This document shows, piece by piece, positions 1 to 15,129 of a stretch of DNA of 64,000 bases. The notes under the pieces are model-generated. The model did no database searches, was not told where the DNA came from, and was given only the letters and a program-made list of their open reading frames with translations. Numbering within the stretch: position 1 is the stretch's first letter; the number at the start of each line of letters is the position of its first letter. Made by a program: the position numbers and the translations under genes. The DNA comes from Eledone cirrhosa (lineage: Eukaryota), in NCBI GenBank assembly GCA_964016885.1, contig OZ024748.1, positions 5,518,001 through 5,582,000 on the forward strand. The letters are read 5' to 3'.

Positions 1-57
<57 letters not shown>

Positions 58-64
58 ATACATA

Positions 65-144
<80 letters not shown>

Positions 145-277
145 AGGTATATAATATATATACATATGTGTATGTCTGATTGTTAAGAATGTCTTATCTT
201 CACCAGTAATCTACCCATTTTCTATAAAGATAAGTATGTATCTATGAATGAATGTGCGTGTGTTTGTATACACACAA

Positions 278-341
<64 letters not shown>

Positions 342-358
342 ATACAAACACACACACA

Positions 359-402
<44 letters not shown>

Positions 403-543
403 ATAATTTAATTATCTGTAACTACTTGGTTGTATCGGTGTGTGTGTGTATGTATATTTGTACAGACACACACATAAGGACACACTAATATATTATATAA
501 TATACATATATATATATACAATTTGCATATGTATATATTATAT

Positions 544-574
<31 letters not shown>

Positions 575-830
575 CTTTGTGTAAACGAAACTTCCTCGTT
601 TTATATATACGCTCACACGGCCTCCATCCTTGGAACTTAACTTAACAACCGGCTCAACCCCGATCTAATCCGCCGTGACCTTTCTCCGAACTTTACACAC
701 CTTAACTCTCACCTGAAGAAGGGCTTATGCCCGAAACGTCGTCCCCCACCTACCCACCACTCTCCTGGGCGTGAATTTAATAAACATTTATCGTACTGCC
801 TCTCTGTTCTGTCCCTGTTCAATTTTTCAT

Positions 831-832
<2 letters not shown>
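575..832 (+). mobile_element. Penelope-like pseudo-LTR remnant with minimal hammerhead motif
   Basis: Contains CTGAAGA-A-GGGC-TTAT-GCCC-GAAACGTC, then AATAAA, and ends in (TA)n. Its 3' part (745-830) recurs inverted at 54985-55070. Confidence 0.6.
711..742 (+). ncRNA. Minimal type I hammerhead ribozyme motif (stem I decayed)
   Basis: Core CUGAAGA, stem II GGGC/GCCC, GAAA, palindromic stem III ACGU, GUC triplet. Stem I is only AC/GT. Confidence 0.55.
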
Positions 833-864
<32 letters not shown>

Positions 865-2148
865 TGATCATTAAAACACACCACATGTTCACTACTAGTG
901 AACATGTGGTGTTTATAATCTTCTCGATTCCTCAATGTTTTTACATGAACACGAATGTACGTAACACATTTTTTATCTCATTATGCAATTACAAAAAACA
1001 ATTGCAATAATGCTTTAGATGAAGCTAGCTTTCACGTTCTTCAACAATACACATGCTGTCCACAGAATACTCCACAAAATGAGCCAATTACATATAGACT
1101 CTATTCAGATATGACGTAAATAAATCACTCCAAAAAACCTTTAAAATTCCAAGCCTGTTGATAACCCACTCTCCTCACGATAAAGGCCTCGTAATAAAAA
1201 CAAATGCTCCTGGTAAGTTCCTAATTGTCAGTTATTACACCAGAAAGACGCTGTGTTACCAATAAGGCGATATAGGCAGTTGGCTTGTACGCAAGCCTCG
1301 GAGGGACGCAGAATTAAACCTTAAAGAACCACAGTTGTGTAATTAAATGAAATATATAATAAATTATTTCTAATTAAATCAAAAGGTATCTGTGCCATGT
1401 TACAGCTTTGTGGATATATCCAAAATCAGTGAAGAGTGATTTACGATGCTATGACCTATATGTGGATGGATGTGAACTGTGTAGTGAAAGATGCAGTCTT
1501 AGTAATCTTCTTAATTTGGTCAGAACAAGAAGTCACCAAAAATATAGGTGTGTCTGCTTGCCTAACTGTAAATTGAAATTACTTATTTTGGGAGAATGGG
1601 GCGCATAATTAAGAGAAGTGTGTGTTCATTGTAGATCTAGCACATAGCCGAAAATACCAAGACGCCGGTGCTGCACTAAGAAGATAAAAGCGTAGGTGGA
1701 CTTAAATTAAGTAAAATAGCTTTAATCGGGAATTGAAACCTTGATTTTGTAATTATCTTGGAATATTTTCCATTGATTTCATTCATCTTTGTTTTCATGA
1801 TCTGGTAACAAACATAAACAATATTCTCGCCATGTTCGCCTGAGTGGAAAAAATGCATTACCTTTTGATTTCCTAATCTCTCATTCATTCACGAGAAGCA
1901 GGGGTGTAATCATAGACGGATGATAGTCGCATAGCAGACTTTATAACATATACGTTGGTGCCGCATATATTTTGGAGTTGATATCCCATCTGGGTAGGTT
2001 TTGCCACCCATGGTTCCACCACAGTCGATAACATAATTAGATAAAATACATATTAGTGGCTAGCTTGTTAATGTTGGATTTTATGCAGTGGATTATAAAT
2101 AGGGCTACTTGTTTATCTATCTATCTATCTATATATCTATATATCTGG

Positions 2149-2290
<142 letters not shown>

Positions 2291-2336
2291 GAGAGATAGA
2301 TAGATAGATAGATAGATATAGATATATTATATATAT

Positions 2337-2385
<49 letters not shown>

Positions 2386-3451
2386 TACGTGTGTTGTTTT
2401 TGCAACATCCTGCAGCATGCAGCCTTATGCTTTTGAGATGAAAATCCACGTTAGATTTCAGAGTTTATCTTTTCATCTTCTAAAGGTTAACATAATTAGT
2501 GAATGTATTATAGCTGGGTTCAGTAAATGTATAGACTGAGGTCAACTTAGTCAACTATATTATAATCCAACATCATACGTAAAAAAACAAGAGGGTATAA
2601 ATACTAACGGAGTATAATCAATACTAGAGGACGTAATATGATTGGGTTAAACAAATCGATGATGCTTAAATCTATTGTATTTTTTTAAGTTTTTTTTTTT
2701 TGGCTTTATTCCTTTTGCTTGTTTCATAAGCATTCCATTGCTTGTCATAACTTGCCGCCTGGCTGCACTGAAATATATATTTTCCCGCCTCCATGCTTCT
2801 CATATCCCACACGTATCTTCCCTACTTCAATCCACTATGAAATGTTGTATTGTGTATAGGCCTTTTCTTTTAATGACCACTGCACCACGGAGATATACAC
2901 CGCGTTCTTTATTTCCTCCGTTATTTTTTTGTTTATTAATACATCAAAACCTTCACTTCTCTAGCTCAATATTATAGATTTCAAATATTAATATAAGGGC
3001 AGTACATTTATAGAGGAATATGGTACAATCGATTGAATCGTTCTCAATAAATTACTGGTACGTATTGTATATTAGTCACATAGAGTTTTCTAAACGATCA
3101 TTGAAACTGATCGAAATAGCTGACGATTCTGCTTTAAAAAATGCTCTACCACCTTAAGAATGTGAATGATACATCGATACTCTTAAGACGTCTCTGTTAA
3201 ACGATGTCGTCTCATGTTTGTATATGCCTGTTTGTATTTATTTATTTCTCATAACTTTTACAATTCTGCTCAATTACTGTTCAAAAGCATCCTTTCTAAA
3301 CTCCTTTTCTTTGTTCTTTCAAGCTCTTTCTATATATATCTTCTTCAAAAGTGTACTATCCTTATGAGCAACACATGGGTAAAAAGTAAAGAGCCCTTTC
3401 ATTCACAAATGACCATCGGGTTTGCACCTAAAAACCTTCTCTTCATAGGGA

Positions 3452-3789
3452 AGGTAAACTAAAAGTTTACTCTGATTCAAAGTATTTTATATTCTACGTA
3501 CGTTTTTGGTGACAAGAAGAAATAATTGTTAATCGATAATTTTGCTTAATTAATTAATTTCCATCATCACCCCATCATTTCAAATTAATTGCTGCTCTTA
3601 ACTCTTATGTTATACCTTTTGTTTTATTTTTGTTCCCCACTTTAAGGACCATTTTTACTTTTATTATACTTGAGAAGATGATGAAGGAAATTAATTACTT
3701 AATCGAAATTATTGATTATCGATTCCTTCTTGTTGTAACGGAAACGTACGTAGAATCAAAAATGCTCTGACCCCTGCAAATATTTACCT
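3452..3789. mobile_element. Degenerate MITE-like element with long imperfect inverted repeats
   Basis: AGGTAAA...ATTCTACGTACGTTT...CAAGAAG...TAATTAATTTCC..CATCA on the left mirrors TGATG..GGAAATTAATTA...CTTCTTG...AAACGTACGTAGAAT...TTTACCT on the right. Confidence 0.55.
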
Positions 3790-3984
3790 AGCCTTTAAAT
3801 TCATATTAACAGTATGTCATACCCGTTATTTTCCAATCGTTCAGAACTTATCTCCTGGATTGTAATTTAGATTTGCTTCTATGTCATGGTCAATAACTAT
3901 CACATCGTATAAAACTTCACAGTATCTTGTTTGGTCGCCATTTATAAATCTTTGGCGCTGTTGTCGGGATTTTACATATCTCTT

Positions 3985-4017
<33 letters not shown>

Positions 4018-4763
4018 GTTGTTTCATGTAAACAAACATTCGTCTCATTCTGACGTCACCAGCCCTGTTTTTCCACATGTGCGTTTTATTTTCATAATCA
4101 CGCATGATGTTAAACTAGCCTGCTTTTAAATTCCCTTTTTGGCATATTAATCAGTGACAATTTGGCTATTGTGTTGAGCTCTGCTGAGGATCGAATTCCA
4201 ACCGTGACCATCTCCACTGAAAGTTTTCGTGAAATAGTCTTTTCAAGACTATACAGAGCATTTGTAGTTGTTCCAAACTGAAGGATGAGTATTTTAAATT
4301 TTATTTTATCATGAGTTAAGGCTCTACTGATTTTTCCCTGGATTTCACTAAATTCTGTTGGATAAATCTATATCCTGATTCTTTTTGAATTGAGTTTGAA
4401 TTATTTTCCCCACATCTTACGTTAACTATTTTCCCATTTTGACGCTATAGTCACTTATATATTATGGAATACTGTTGGCTTCTTGCTACAATACTTTCTA
4501 TACCTTTCATTTTTATATATATATATATATATATAATCTATTCTTCCCCTCAGGGCCTTTTGATTGATAAGACGCCTTGGGCACGCTGTTGATCGATTTT
4601 CATGTCCTGTCTTAAGCGCCGAAACATCTACAATCTGCAGTTAACAGCTGATGAAGGGTTTTTTCTCTTGTTTCGTTGATATTACCATCTTATACTTTGT
4701 TTACAGTAACCACACAGCCTGATTCGTTCCTTGTAATTATATATATATATATGTATATATACA

Positions 4764-4831
<68 letters not shown>

Positions 4832-5094
4832 AGGAATATGATATATATTATATATATAGAAGCTAGTCTTGGATAAATATTCATGTAATGAAGAAAATAA
4901 ACAAAATAAAACAGAAACAAACAGTATGTAATTCAGACATCTTTTGTTCCAATATTCTTGTAGTTCTATACTCCTCTGTATAAGGTTGTTCGTGTAAGAC
5001 AAATGGTGTGACGGCTGGTCAACAAAGAAAACGATAAGACGAATAATAAGTTTCATAATATTAATAAAAATAATAAAAAATGATAAAAATAATG

Positions 5095-5216
5095 ATGAAG
5101 TTGATGACGATGATGACGTTGATGATGATGTGAATGTTATTAATAAGATAGAAGAAGAAGCAGAAGAAGAAGAAGAAGATGAAGAAGAAGAAGAAGAAGA
5201 AGAAGAAGAAGAAGAA

Positions 5217-5254
<38 letters not shown>

Positions 5255-5279
5255 CGAACAAGAAGAAGAAGCAGTAGTG

Positions 5280-5367
<88 letters not shown>

Positions 5368-5369
5368 TT

Positions 5370-5400
<31 letters not shown>

Positions 5401-5417
5401 GTAGTAGTAGTAGCAGC

Positions 5418-5480
<63 letters not shown>
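5095..5480. repeat. Compound trinucleotide microsatellite (GAT/GAA/GTA/GCA)
   Basis: Directly visible tandem triplets. Confidence 0.95.
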
Positions 5481-5481
<1 letters not shown>

Positions 5482-5751
5482 CAGCAAGAACAACATCAAC
5501 AATACGAAGGTAGTAGATGTTTGAAATGAAATAATTTGAATAGAAAATGAAGGAAGTCGAGAAAATATATAAGAGGGGAAATCTTTTAAACATAAGAAAA
5601 CTTGAAAAGGAAGCACAAACTTGAGAAAGAAGGATACGAACAATAGTACAACAACAACAATGACGACAACAACGGCGACAACGATGACAACAACAAGAAA
5701 AACAGTAAGAGTGACAACTTAAAAAAATGATAATAAAAGAATAGAAATAAT

Positions 5752-5969
5752 ATTGGTTTCTTATATAGGCACAAGGCCAGCAATTTGGGGGGGGGGAAGT
5801 AGATTAAATCGAACCAGTACATTACTGGTACTTTATTTTATCGACCCCGTGAGGATGTAAGGCAAAGTTAACCTCGGCGGGATTTGAACTCAGATCATAA
5901 ATGGCCGTAACTGTTCGCTGCAAATCATGGAGTCCGACCCTCTACCGATACTGCCAACCCACCACCCTT
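5752..5969 (-). mobile_element. tRNA-derived SINE (octopus-type family A)
   Basis: Minus strand has A-box-like TGGCAGTATCGG and B-box GAGTTCAAATCC, then GGGGTCGATAAAATAAAGTACCAG. Homologous copies at 15177, 17520, 47760 and 47963. Confidence 0.85.
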
Positions 5970-6199
5970 AGAATAGAAATAATATTGAAGTGAAACCACA
6001 ACAAGAGGAGAGGCGACGAGAAAACATAGCATGTATTTCTCTCGCTGTTTAATGGTAAAAGAATTTAACATCTCTTAGTTTGAGGTTCATTTCCCTGTTG
6101 TTTACTCATTGTCTTCGTCCATCTGTTTCTCTTCCTCAATGTCTTTAACAAGCTCATGCTTATTCTGTCTGTCTGTCGGACTGTCTGTGAGTCTCTCTC

Positions 6200-6264
<65 letters not shown>

Positions 6265-6280
6265 ATATATATATATATAT

Positions 6281-6420
6281 ATAACGAAGGAAATGTGGTA
6301 AGGAACCAGGTGGACCATAACGCACCAAATTACTCAATACTTAGGGTAGTAGAGTGGGTAATAGGAACGAGTAGGACCCCGACGGCTGAGCTCAGCCGTC
6401 GGGGTCCTACTCGTTCCTAT
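6281..6420 (-). mobile_element. Short pLTR-like repeat (family P), copy 1, with perfect 60-bp palindrome
   Basis: Reverse complement matches 43255-43375 and 56068-56186. 6361-6420 is a perfect palindrome centred on GAGCTC. Flanked by (TA)n on both sides. Confidence 0.8.
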
Positions 6421-6507
6421 ATATATATATACATATATATATATACACATCTCGGAAGTTATTTTTCGTTAATTCCTAAGCCGAAATACGATTCTCTCAA
6501 ATTAATT

Positions 6508-6558
<51 letters not shown>

Positions 6559-7140
6559 GTATATATGGATATATATATATATATGTATATATGCATATAT
6601 ATGGATATATATATATGGATATATGTTTATATATATATATGTATATATATATGTATGTATATAGGCATATATATATATATATATATATTTGGTCCATCTG
6701 TCTCTGTTCCAGGCTTTCTATCTATATATATTCCTCCATCTCTCTCTCGTTCTCTCTTTTCTTCCATCTGTCCCTGTCGCTTCCTCAACTCTCTCTCACT
6801 CTCTCTCTCTCACCTCTCTCTCTCTCTAACTCTCTCTTCTCTGTCTTTCTCTCTCTCTGCTTTCATCGTTCTTTCTCTCGACCAAATTTTTAAAGTTAAT
6901 ATTTCTTTCTTTCTTTCGTATATTTTTCTTTCTATCTTTGTTTTTGTTTTGTCTTTTCTTTCTTTCTTTCTATATTTATCTGTAGTCACACCCACACCAT
7001 GAAACCACGCAAGCAAGCACCCGCAACCCCCACCGATGTCTAAGGATCAGAAAGAATAGCTATCAAAGAGAATAGGATATTAAAAAAAGTGGAGGGAAGG
7101 AGCTATATACATACATATATATATATCTATAGCTCCCTCA

Positions 7141-7197
<57 letters not shown>

Positions 7198-7314
7198 AGT
7201 CAGAGATAGAAAGGGGGGGAGGTCACGGCTTGGAATGTTTCGCAGAGCTTTTTATGGCTTTACCGATAAGACATGTGCTTAGGTAAGAGTAATGAAACCG
7301 AGAAAGCTTATATA

Positions 7315-7350
<36 letters not shown>

Positions 7351-7478
7351 CAGAGGGAAAGAGAGAGGAGAGAGAGAAGGGCGTGAAAAAGGAAGAGAAA
7401 AGAAGCGTGAGAAAGAAAACCTCAATGATCAGAAGAAAAATGACTTTAGCAAATGATTAGGTAGCTAGATAGATGATT

Positions 7479-7556
<78 letters not shown>

Positions 7557-7705
7557 AAAAAATATGAAATCGAAAATGCAACTGGAATCATTTTTTTTAA
7601 AATATATATTTATTTGGTTCGTTTACCGGTTTCGCAGTTCTGCTTTTCAAAAGTAGAATTGAGATGCAAGGTCTGTGGTTTTTCTCACATCACACACACA
7701 CACAC

Positions 7706-7771
<66 letters not shown>

Positions 7772-7905
7772 TATATAAACAAACATACAAATGTAAATGC
7801 CGAACCCATTTTAAAAGGATCGTAAACACCACACACAAAAGAGAATAGAAAGCTGATTGATAGAAACAACCCAACCCTCTCCCCCTCTCTTTATCTCTCT
7901 CTCGC

Positions 7906-7976
<71 letters not shown>

Positions 7977-8812
7977 TAGGATAGTACCCATCAAAATTGA
8001 TGAGGTTTGTTGTTAAATATATTTAATTTAATAATTCCCTGATTACAAAATTCTATTAAAATTTGCCTGACTTCTTGATTTACAACGAACATTGAGGCAT
8101 TTCATATATAAATATATATTGTCAAGTCGACAGATAAAATGGCAGACACACAGGTGGTCGGCCAATAATACAGATAAGAGAGCTAAATAGAAAGGTAAAT
8201 AGATAGATACGTAGATAATTTGATAGATAGACTGATCTGTTTTTGAATATCGTTTTTTTCTCTCCGAGCTATTCATCACTTGCTGAGGTCTGGATTTCTG
8301 GGCGAGTGGTTTCTCTATCTTATTCAATATGATCCTAACAGATGACATAAACAATGTCTCCGAAAGTGGCTAGGTGATATTCCAGAGTGCTCTTTCCTAT
8401 GGCATAAGATTGCAGCATCTGGTATCAAAGGCTTGTACAAATTTCTCGTCTGAAGTTTCCTACGTTTTCCAATGTTTTATAAGCTGGAGAGCCATTTTCT
8501 GCTGTTCATTCAAGTCCTCATACAGCCTTTTTTTTTTTTTTTTTTTTTGCTTTTTCGCTTTGTGGATAAATAGAAATATATATATAGAGAGAGAGACATT
8601 ATATAAATGGATCGATAATCTGCAATATATGCCCCGACGAAACGTGGTTTATAGACGTAGAATGTATAGATATATATAAGGTAGTAAAATAACCATGCCG
8701 TTACTAATGGAACCAAGTACGGGACTTATTCCCTACATAATAATAAAACTGAAATAAAACTTAACGGATGCGTATGCGTTTATTGTATTGGAACCATGTC
8801 ACTCCCAAAGTG

Positions 8813-8875
<63 letters not shown>

Positions 8876-9145
8876 CTGTGTGTGTGTTAGTTTGTGTATT
8901 TGTATGTTGGTGTATGTGTGCGTTCGAGCATGTTTGTGTATGGTGTAAGGATGTATGCATGTATGTACGTATGTATGTAAGTATGTATGTACGTAAGCAT
9001 ATATGTGTGCGTATATTCCTATTCGGGTGACGGAAATCTATATGCATATAACCATCAAATATTAATAAATCGTGTGGTGTTATTCGTTATCTCTAGTTAA
9101 TTCAAAATTTCACGTCTTGTTTAAAATTTATGTATAGTATATAAA

Positions 9146-9350
<205 letters not shown>

Positions 9351-9482
9351 ATATCTATATCTATATATATGTATGTATGTATATAATGAAAATATATCAT
9401 TCACAAAAACATATATATGCTGAGATAAGACCCAATAGTTATATTTACTCACGCATACACCCACACATTCATACATACATAC

Positions 9483-9584
<102 letters not shown>

Positions 9585-10114
9585 ATGTGTGTCTGTTTGT
9601 GTGTGTGTGTGTTTCTATGTGTGTGTATATGTGTTTTCCTGTTTCTATGCGTTTATGTTAATAACGCACATTTTCCAAATGACATTAAAAATTAATTGAC
9701 TGTCAGTTTCCGTTTATGAACGCAATTAATATATGGGATTCTTAAATATTTTGATTGAGTTGTAAATTTTTCTTTTAATATATATTAATTATTTTGCAAC
9801 ATTGAAAAAATAAATCATCAGTTATCAGAGAAAAAGCATGTCTGAATATGACATTACATTACTATTACGTTAATCGTAATATTACAGATATAAAAGTATT
9901 TTTTATTTATTTATCATACTCTATATCACCTTACTCATAACATTACACGTATCATACATACTATAATGTTTATCTTTGTTTTATATGGGAGAAATGTGAT
10001 AGTTGTATGCGTGTTTGATAAAAATAAATATTGAAATTTGAATATATATATATATATAAATAAATATATATATATATATATATATTCAAATATATATATT
10101 CACCGGCCGGTGGA

Positions 10115-11267
10115 TTGGAACGCGTCAAATCCACCGACCTACACTGCTTCGGGCTCACCACCACTGACATCCACCAACTCCTATCCATTGTCGTCGACAA
10201 CACCTACTTCGGATTCCTTGACCAAACATACCAACAAACCTCGGGACTGCCCATGGGATCAAGCTTGTCGGGTGTGCTAGCTATCTCTTACATGGACAGC
10301 CTCGAGCCAAAGCACTCAACGCCCGTCACCCCAACGCCGTCGCCTTTTTCTCAAGGTACGTGGACGATATCCTCATCCTCCCATCTTCCCAAGACATGGC
10401 GAACAGAATCTATGAGACGTTCAACATCACGGACGAGAACATTGCCTTCAGTGTTGAACACCCCAACGACGACGGGTCACTTGCCCTCCTCGACTTCCGA
10501 ATCAACATCACGGAACAGGGAGGGATCCACTGCAACCTCTACCGAAAGGCAGCCTGCAGGGACCTGTTCGTCCATTACAAGTCCGCCCTCCCTAACAGTG
10601 CCAAAAGATGATACATCACGAACGAGATGGCGCAAATCAAAAACAGATGCAGCGATCCGCGAGTGGTGTCACACATACCAAGCGATTCCTCGAGGTGCTT
10701 GAGACGAACGGGTACCCTACCTCGCTCACAGATAGAGTAGGAGACACCAGACACAAGAGACAGAGAGGCACCCAAGGCAAGTGCTTCCTTAAAATGACAC
10801 ACCTGGGCGAGAATACCACCAACGCTATCCGCAAGGCTATACGGAGGGAGGGCCTCGACATCCACCTGGCTCACTCGGGCCCCTCCCTGCGAAGATGCCT
10901 CTCCAGGAAACCCGGGAAATCAACTGACGCGTGCTTCCTCAGAGACGGCCCGATGCGCCATACGAACTGTTGCCTACGCACATACGTCGTGTATAAGATA
11001 GAATGTAACAAGTGCAACCAATACTATATAGGTAGCACAATCCGGCCGTTGCACATCCGGATCAAGAAACACACTAAAACCAGGACCTCGTCTTTCCGGA
11101 AACACATAGCCAAATGCGGAAACAAAGACGGAAGGCCCATTGTCACAATTCTAGAAACAGAAAGAAACGTCGGCACGTTACATATCAAGGAAGCACTTTG
11201 GATCAAACGCCTAGGGCCACAACTAAACAACCGACCCGAGAGAAGCGAAATGAGGTGGTTGGTTTAA
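10115..11267 (+). pseudogene. PLE polyprotein remnant: reverse transcriptase + C-terminal GIY-YIG endonuclease
   Basis: YQQTSGLPMGSSLSGVLA (RT motif B'), SRYVDDILIL (motif C), LALLDFRI, LYRK..HYKSALP (PLE thumb), NGYP, then VVYKIECNKCNQYYIGSTIRPLHIRIKKH...FRKH (GIY-YIG with CCHH). Frameshifts near 10310 and 10660 and an in-frame TGA at 10609. Confidence 0.92.
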
Positions 11268-11636
11268 GTTAACAAACGATGCAGCAACACACGCACACAC
11301 ACACACACAGTAGTATTCCACCATACGAACATACTACACTGCCAATACAGAGGAACAATGCAACAACACACACACACACACTCAAGCGAGACAACAACAC
11401 ACGCACACACACACACACAGTAACATTCACCAAACAGGCAGAGAATGGACTGACAGCTAGCGCCACCCCACTCCCACAATTGAAAGAACTACTTCGGCAG
11501 CTGACCTCTGCCTGACCGACCCTATTCCACGCGCACGCGCGCTCTGCTGAATACCTCAGATATTCAAAACAACGAACAGCGGAGGACACGTTTCACACCT
11601 TTCCGACAGACAACCTCCCCCCCCCCCGGATAAAAC

Positions 11637-11672
11637 CCCCAGTTGATGGATGTGAATCCGAAATATATAGGG
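11637..11672 (+). ncRNA. Degenerate minimal type I hammerhead in the PLE 3' region
   Basis: CCC-CAGTTGA-T-GGAT-GTGA-ATCC-GAAA-TATAT-A-GGG. Stems I and II pair and stem III is palindromic, but the core differs from CUGANGA at two positions. Confidence 0.6.
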
Positions 11673-12472
11673 ACAATTAAATCTCTCCCAAGGTAACTCT
11701 TTCTCGTGTTGTTATTTTTATTTTTATCCGTTACGCTCTTTCCTTCATTCCTCTACACGTTACAGTCTTATACACGCCACACATCTCAACGTACACCCAC
11801 TTACATCTCTCTCTCCACCACCGGATCTTGTTACCCGTAGATTTACTCATCTGCATTGTCGAGGCTTCCAAACGACTTAAAGAAATTTACCTTATTATTC
11901 CACAATGCTTCAAGCAAACTTCAATACTCTCTAATATAAATATATATATAAATATATATATATATTGTTTAGAGTAAGATACTTATATATATATATGTTT
12001 AGAGTAAGATAACCTTAGGAAAATTAACAAAGACAGGACAAGACAACTTATGCATGTATGTTTGTGATGACGCAGTATATAGGAATACGAATGATTTAGA
12101 CGTTCTCTTCGCACTCCATTGCCTGGAATATTGTGGATGCAATTTTGTTTGAGAATCTGTTTTGGAAGTCTGACAGATTGAGGGCTCTACCTGTAATTTG
12201 AATGCCAGCCGTGTTACACATTTTGTCACGGTCGTTCTCACTGAGAATTACCTGATATTTACACGTATCTGGAGAATATTCTATCCTTTACACGTTAGGT
12301 TTACAAGAAAGATTTTATATTTATCTATCACCGGAATCACTCATTTTCGAAATCGATGGAGATCCATTTCACCCATATTAGTTGCCAATATGGGTTCAGC
12401 AAAAATTTGAAAATCTTATAAAAATCTCATGAAAATCGAACCCAACATAATTATTGAGGCGTTACTCTAGAT

Positions 12473-12639
12473 CAGTGGTTCCCAAAGTGGATTCCACAAA
12501 GGAGTATCTGGAGTTCCGAGAAAAATGTAGAGAAGTATATATTTATATTACGACCATATAACACTATTAGACTTTGCGGTTCCGCAAAGGTTTCTGAAAC
12601 AGATAGGGTACCGCGTTTGGAAACGTTTGGGAAACCCCT
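12473..12639. mobile_element. hAT (Charlie-like) MITE
   Basis: Ends CAGTGGTTCCCAAA / TTTGGGAAACCCCT, flanked by CTCTAGAT / CTCTAGAA (8-bp TSD-like, NTCTAGAN target pattern). Confidence 0.7.
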
Positions 12640-13305
12640 CTCTAGAAAATCTCTCGACCACCTCACAATAGTCAACATTCTGTTCAGTTGAAAATTAATT
12701 AAAGGGCATATTGGTAAATCTCTTATATATGATTTCATATATATATATATATATAGGTTAAATCTGAAAAAAATTCAAAGGATAAATAATATAAAAAAAA
12801 ACCCTCATAGGTCCCCTTGATTTGTGTTGTCTTGGGGATAAACAACATCAATAATAAAGACAATAAAACAATAACAATAACAACAACTAGAACAACATGA
12901 CTGCAGAATAATACACGAACTACAAAGCGCAAGCTTGTTTAACTATGTATGGTTAGATCTATATTGTATAAAGATTGGTAGGGCAGCCTAAAAAAAAATG
13001 ACAAAACGTATTTTTTTTACATGAGCAAGACAATATTACAATAGAATATGAACAAAGGGAGTATTTTATTTAATGATAAAGTTCAGTGATATAAACCTTT
13101 CTGTCTTAAGGAACAAAAGAACATTCAATAATAAGTAAGAGAAATAGTAATATTCAAGTTGATAAAACAATAGTATGTATGAAACTAAAGGGTTTTATCA
13201 AACAAATTAAAGTGTGAAGGGTTAGAGCTAAGGAAAATAATCTATTCAAAATAGATGATTGTTTATGTATGTGTGTATGCATGTGTGTAATTATGTATAT
13301 GTTTA

Positions 13306-13385
<80 letters not shown>

Positions 13386-13581
13386 CATATATATATATAT
13401 ACAAAGAAAGTGAGGGGGAGAGAGAGAGATGTACCTATAGATATAGATTTATGTGTGTGTGTTTGTGTCTGTGACTGTTCATATATATATAATGAAAGAG
13501 GAATATTTGAAGTTGATTGCGAGATAGTTTTCTAAAGAATGCTTTAAACTGTATTTCTGTATATACACATACACACACACA

Positions 13582-13633
<52 letters not shown>

Positions 13634-13974
13634 GATATATATGCATATATATATATGTACATATATATAGATGCACATATATATTTATACACACATCTAT
13701 ACATATGCATGGGTGTGTGCGTGAAATATAAAAAAAATGTTAGGGGGTAGGTGAGAATATGGATGTTTGGTGAAAGATTTCTATGAGTGGGGATTTAAAT
13801 AATAGATACACAAATAATTAAATAAACAAATATATAAATGTAATCTAAGGTCCGCCCACAAGTCTGATAGTTTCCTTATCATAAACAGTGATGATAAGAA
13901 TCTGATATGAGAGAAATAGGAAAGAAGAGAGAAAAAAAAATTTTGAAAGGACGTAATATTATCAGGAGTATAAG

Positions 13975-14585
<611 letters not shown>

Positions 14586-14614
14586 GAACAAAAGCTGTAT
14601 TAATATCAATAATA

Positions 14615-14621
14615 TCATCGT

Positions 14622-14676
<55 letters not shown>

Positions 14677-15067
14677 GTAGTCGTCATAGTGATAGTAGTC
14701 ATCGTCGTCGTAATCGAACTCGTCATAACCATCATCATTACCATCGGTATTATCTTTGTCATAAATATCATCATCCTAATCGTCATCATCATCATCACCG
14801 TCATCAGCAGCATCACCGTCATCAGCAGCATCACCGTCATCAGCAGCATCACCGTCATCATCATCATCACCGTCATTGTTATCGTCATCATCATCATCAC
14901 TCCTAATCATTATGATCAACATCACCGTCATCAACGACAGCATCATCATCATCATCAACGTCATCAACATCGTCATCAGCAGCATCATCATCATCATCAT
15001 CACCATTATCATCAACTAAATCGCCATCACTACTTTCCTACTCCAACTCATCGTTATTACTGTCATT

Positions 15068-15129
<62 letters not shown>

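Larger units (their letters stand above)
10102..11830 (+). mobile_element. 5'-truncated Penelope-like retroelement (PLE) with 3' pseudo-LTR region
   Basis: GC-richer island between (TA)n-rich tracts. Holds RT and GIY-YIG coding remnants followed by a hammerhead-like motif at 11637-11672. The 3' boundary is approximate. Confidence 0.88.

Noticed and set aside
5130-5513. Acidic Glu/Asp-rich protein (also 62711-63022)
   Set aside because: Compound GAA/GAT/GTA microsatellite with no unique coding context.
5752-5969. tRNA gene
   Set aside because: A and B boxes are present but there is no cloverleaf, and multiple diverged copies with a shared body indicate a SINE.
10609-10611. In-frame TGA in the PLE ORF as selenocysteine (as in some Naiad PLEs)
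   Set aside because: The copy also has frameshifts, the position is not an evident Cys site, and no SECIS was recognised. A simple nonsense mutation is more likely.
11966-12011. 16-bp direct repeat TGTTTAGAGTAAGATA as the TSD of the PLE
   Set aside because: Both copies lie on the same side of the element, so this is a local slippage duplication.
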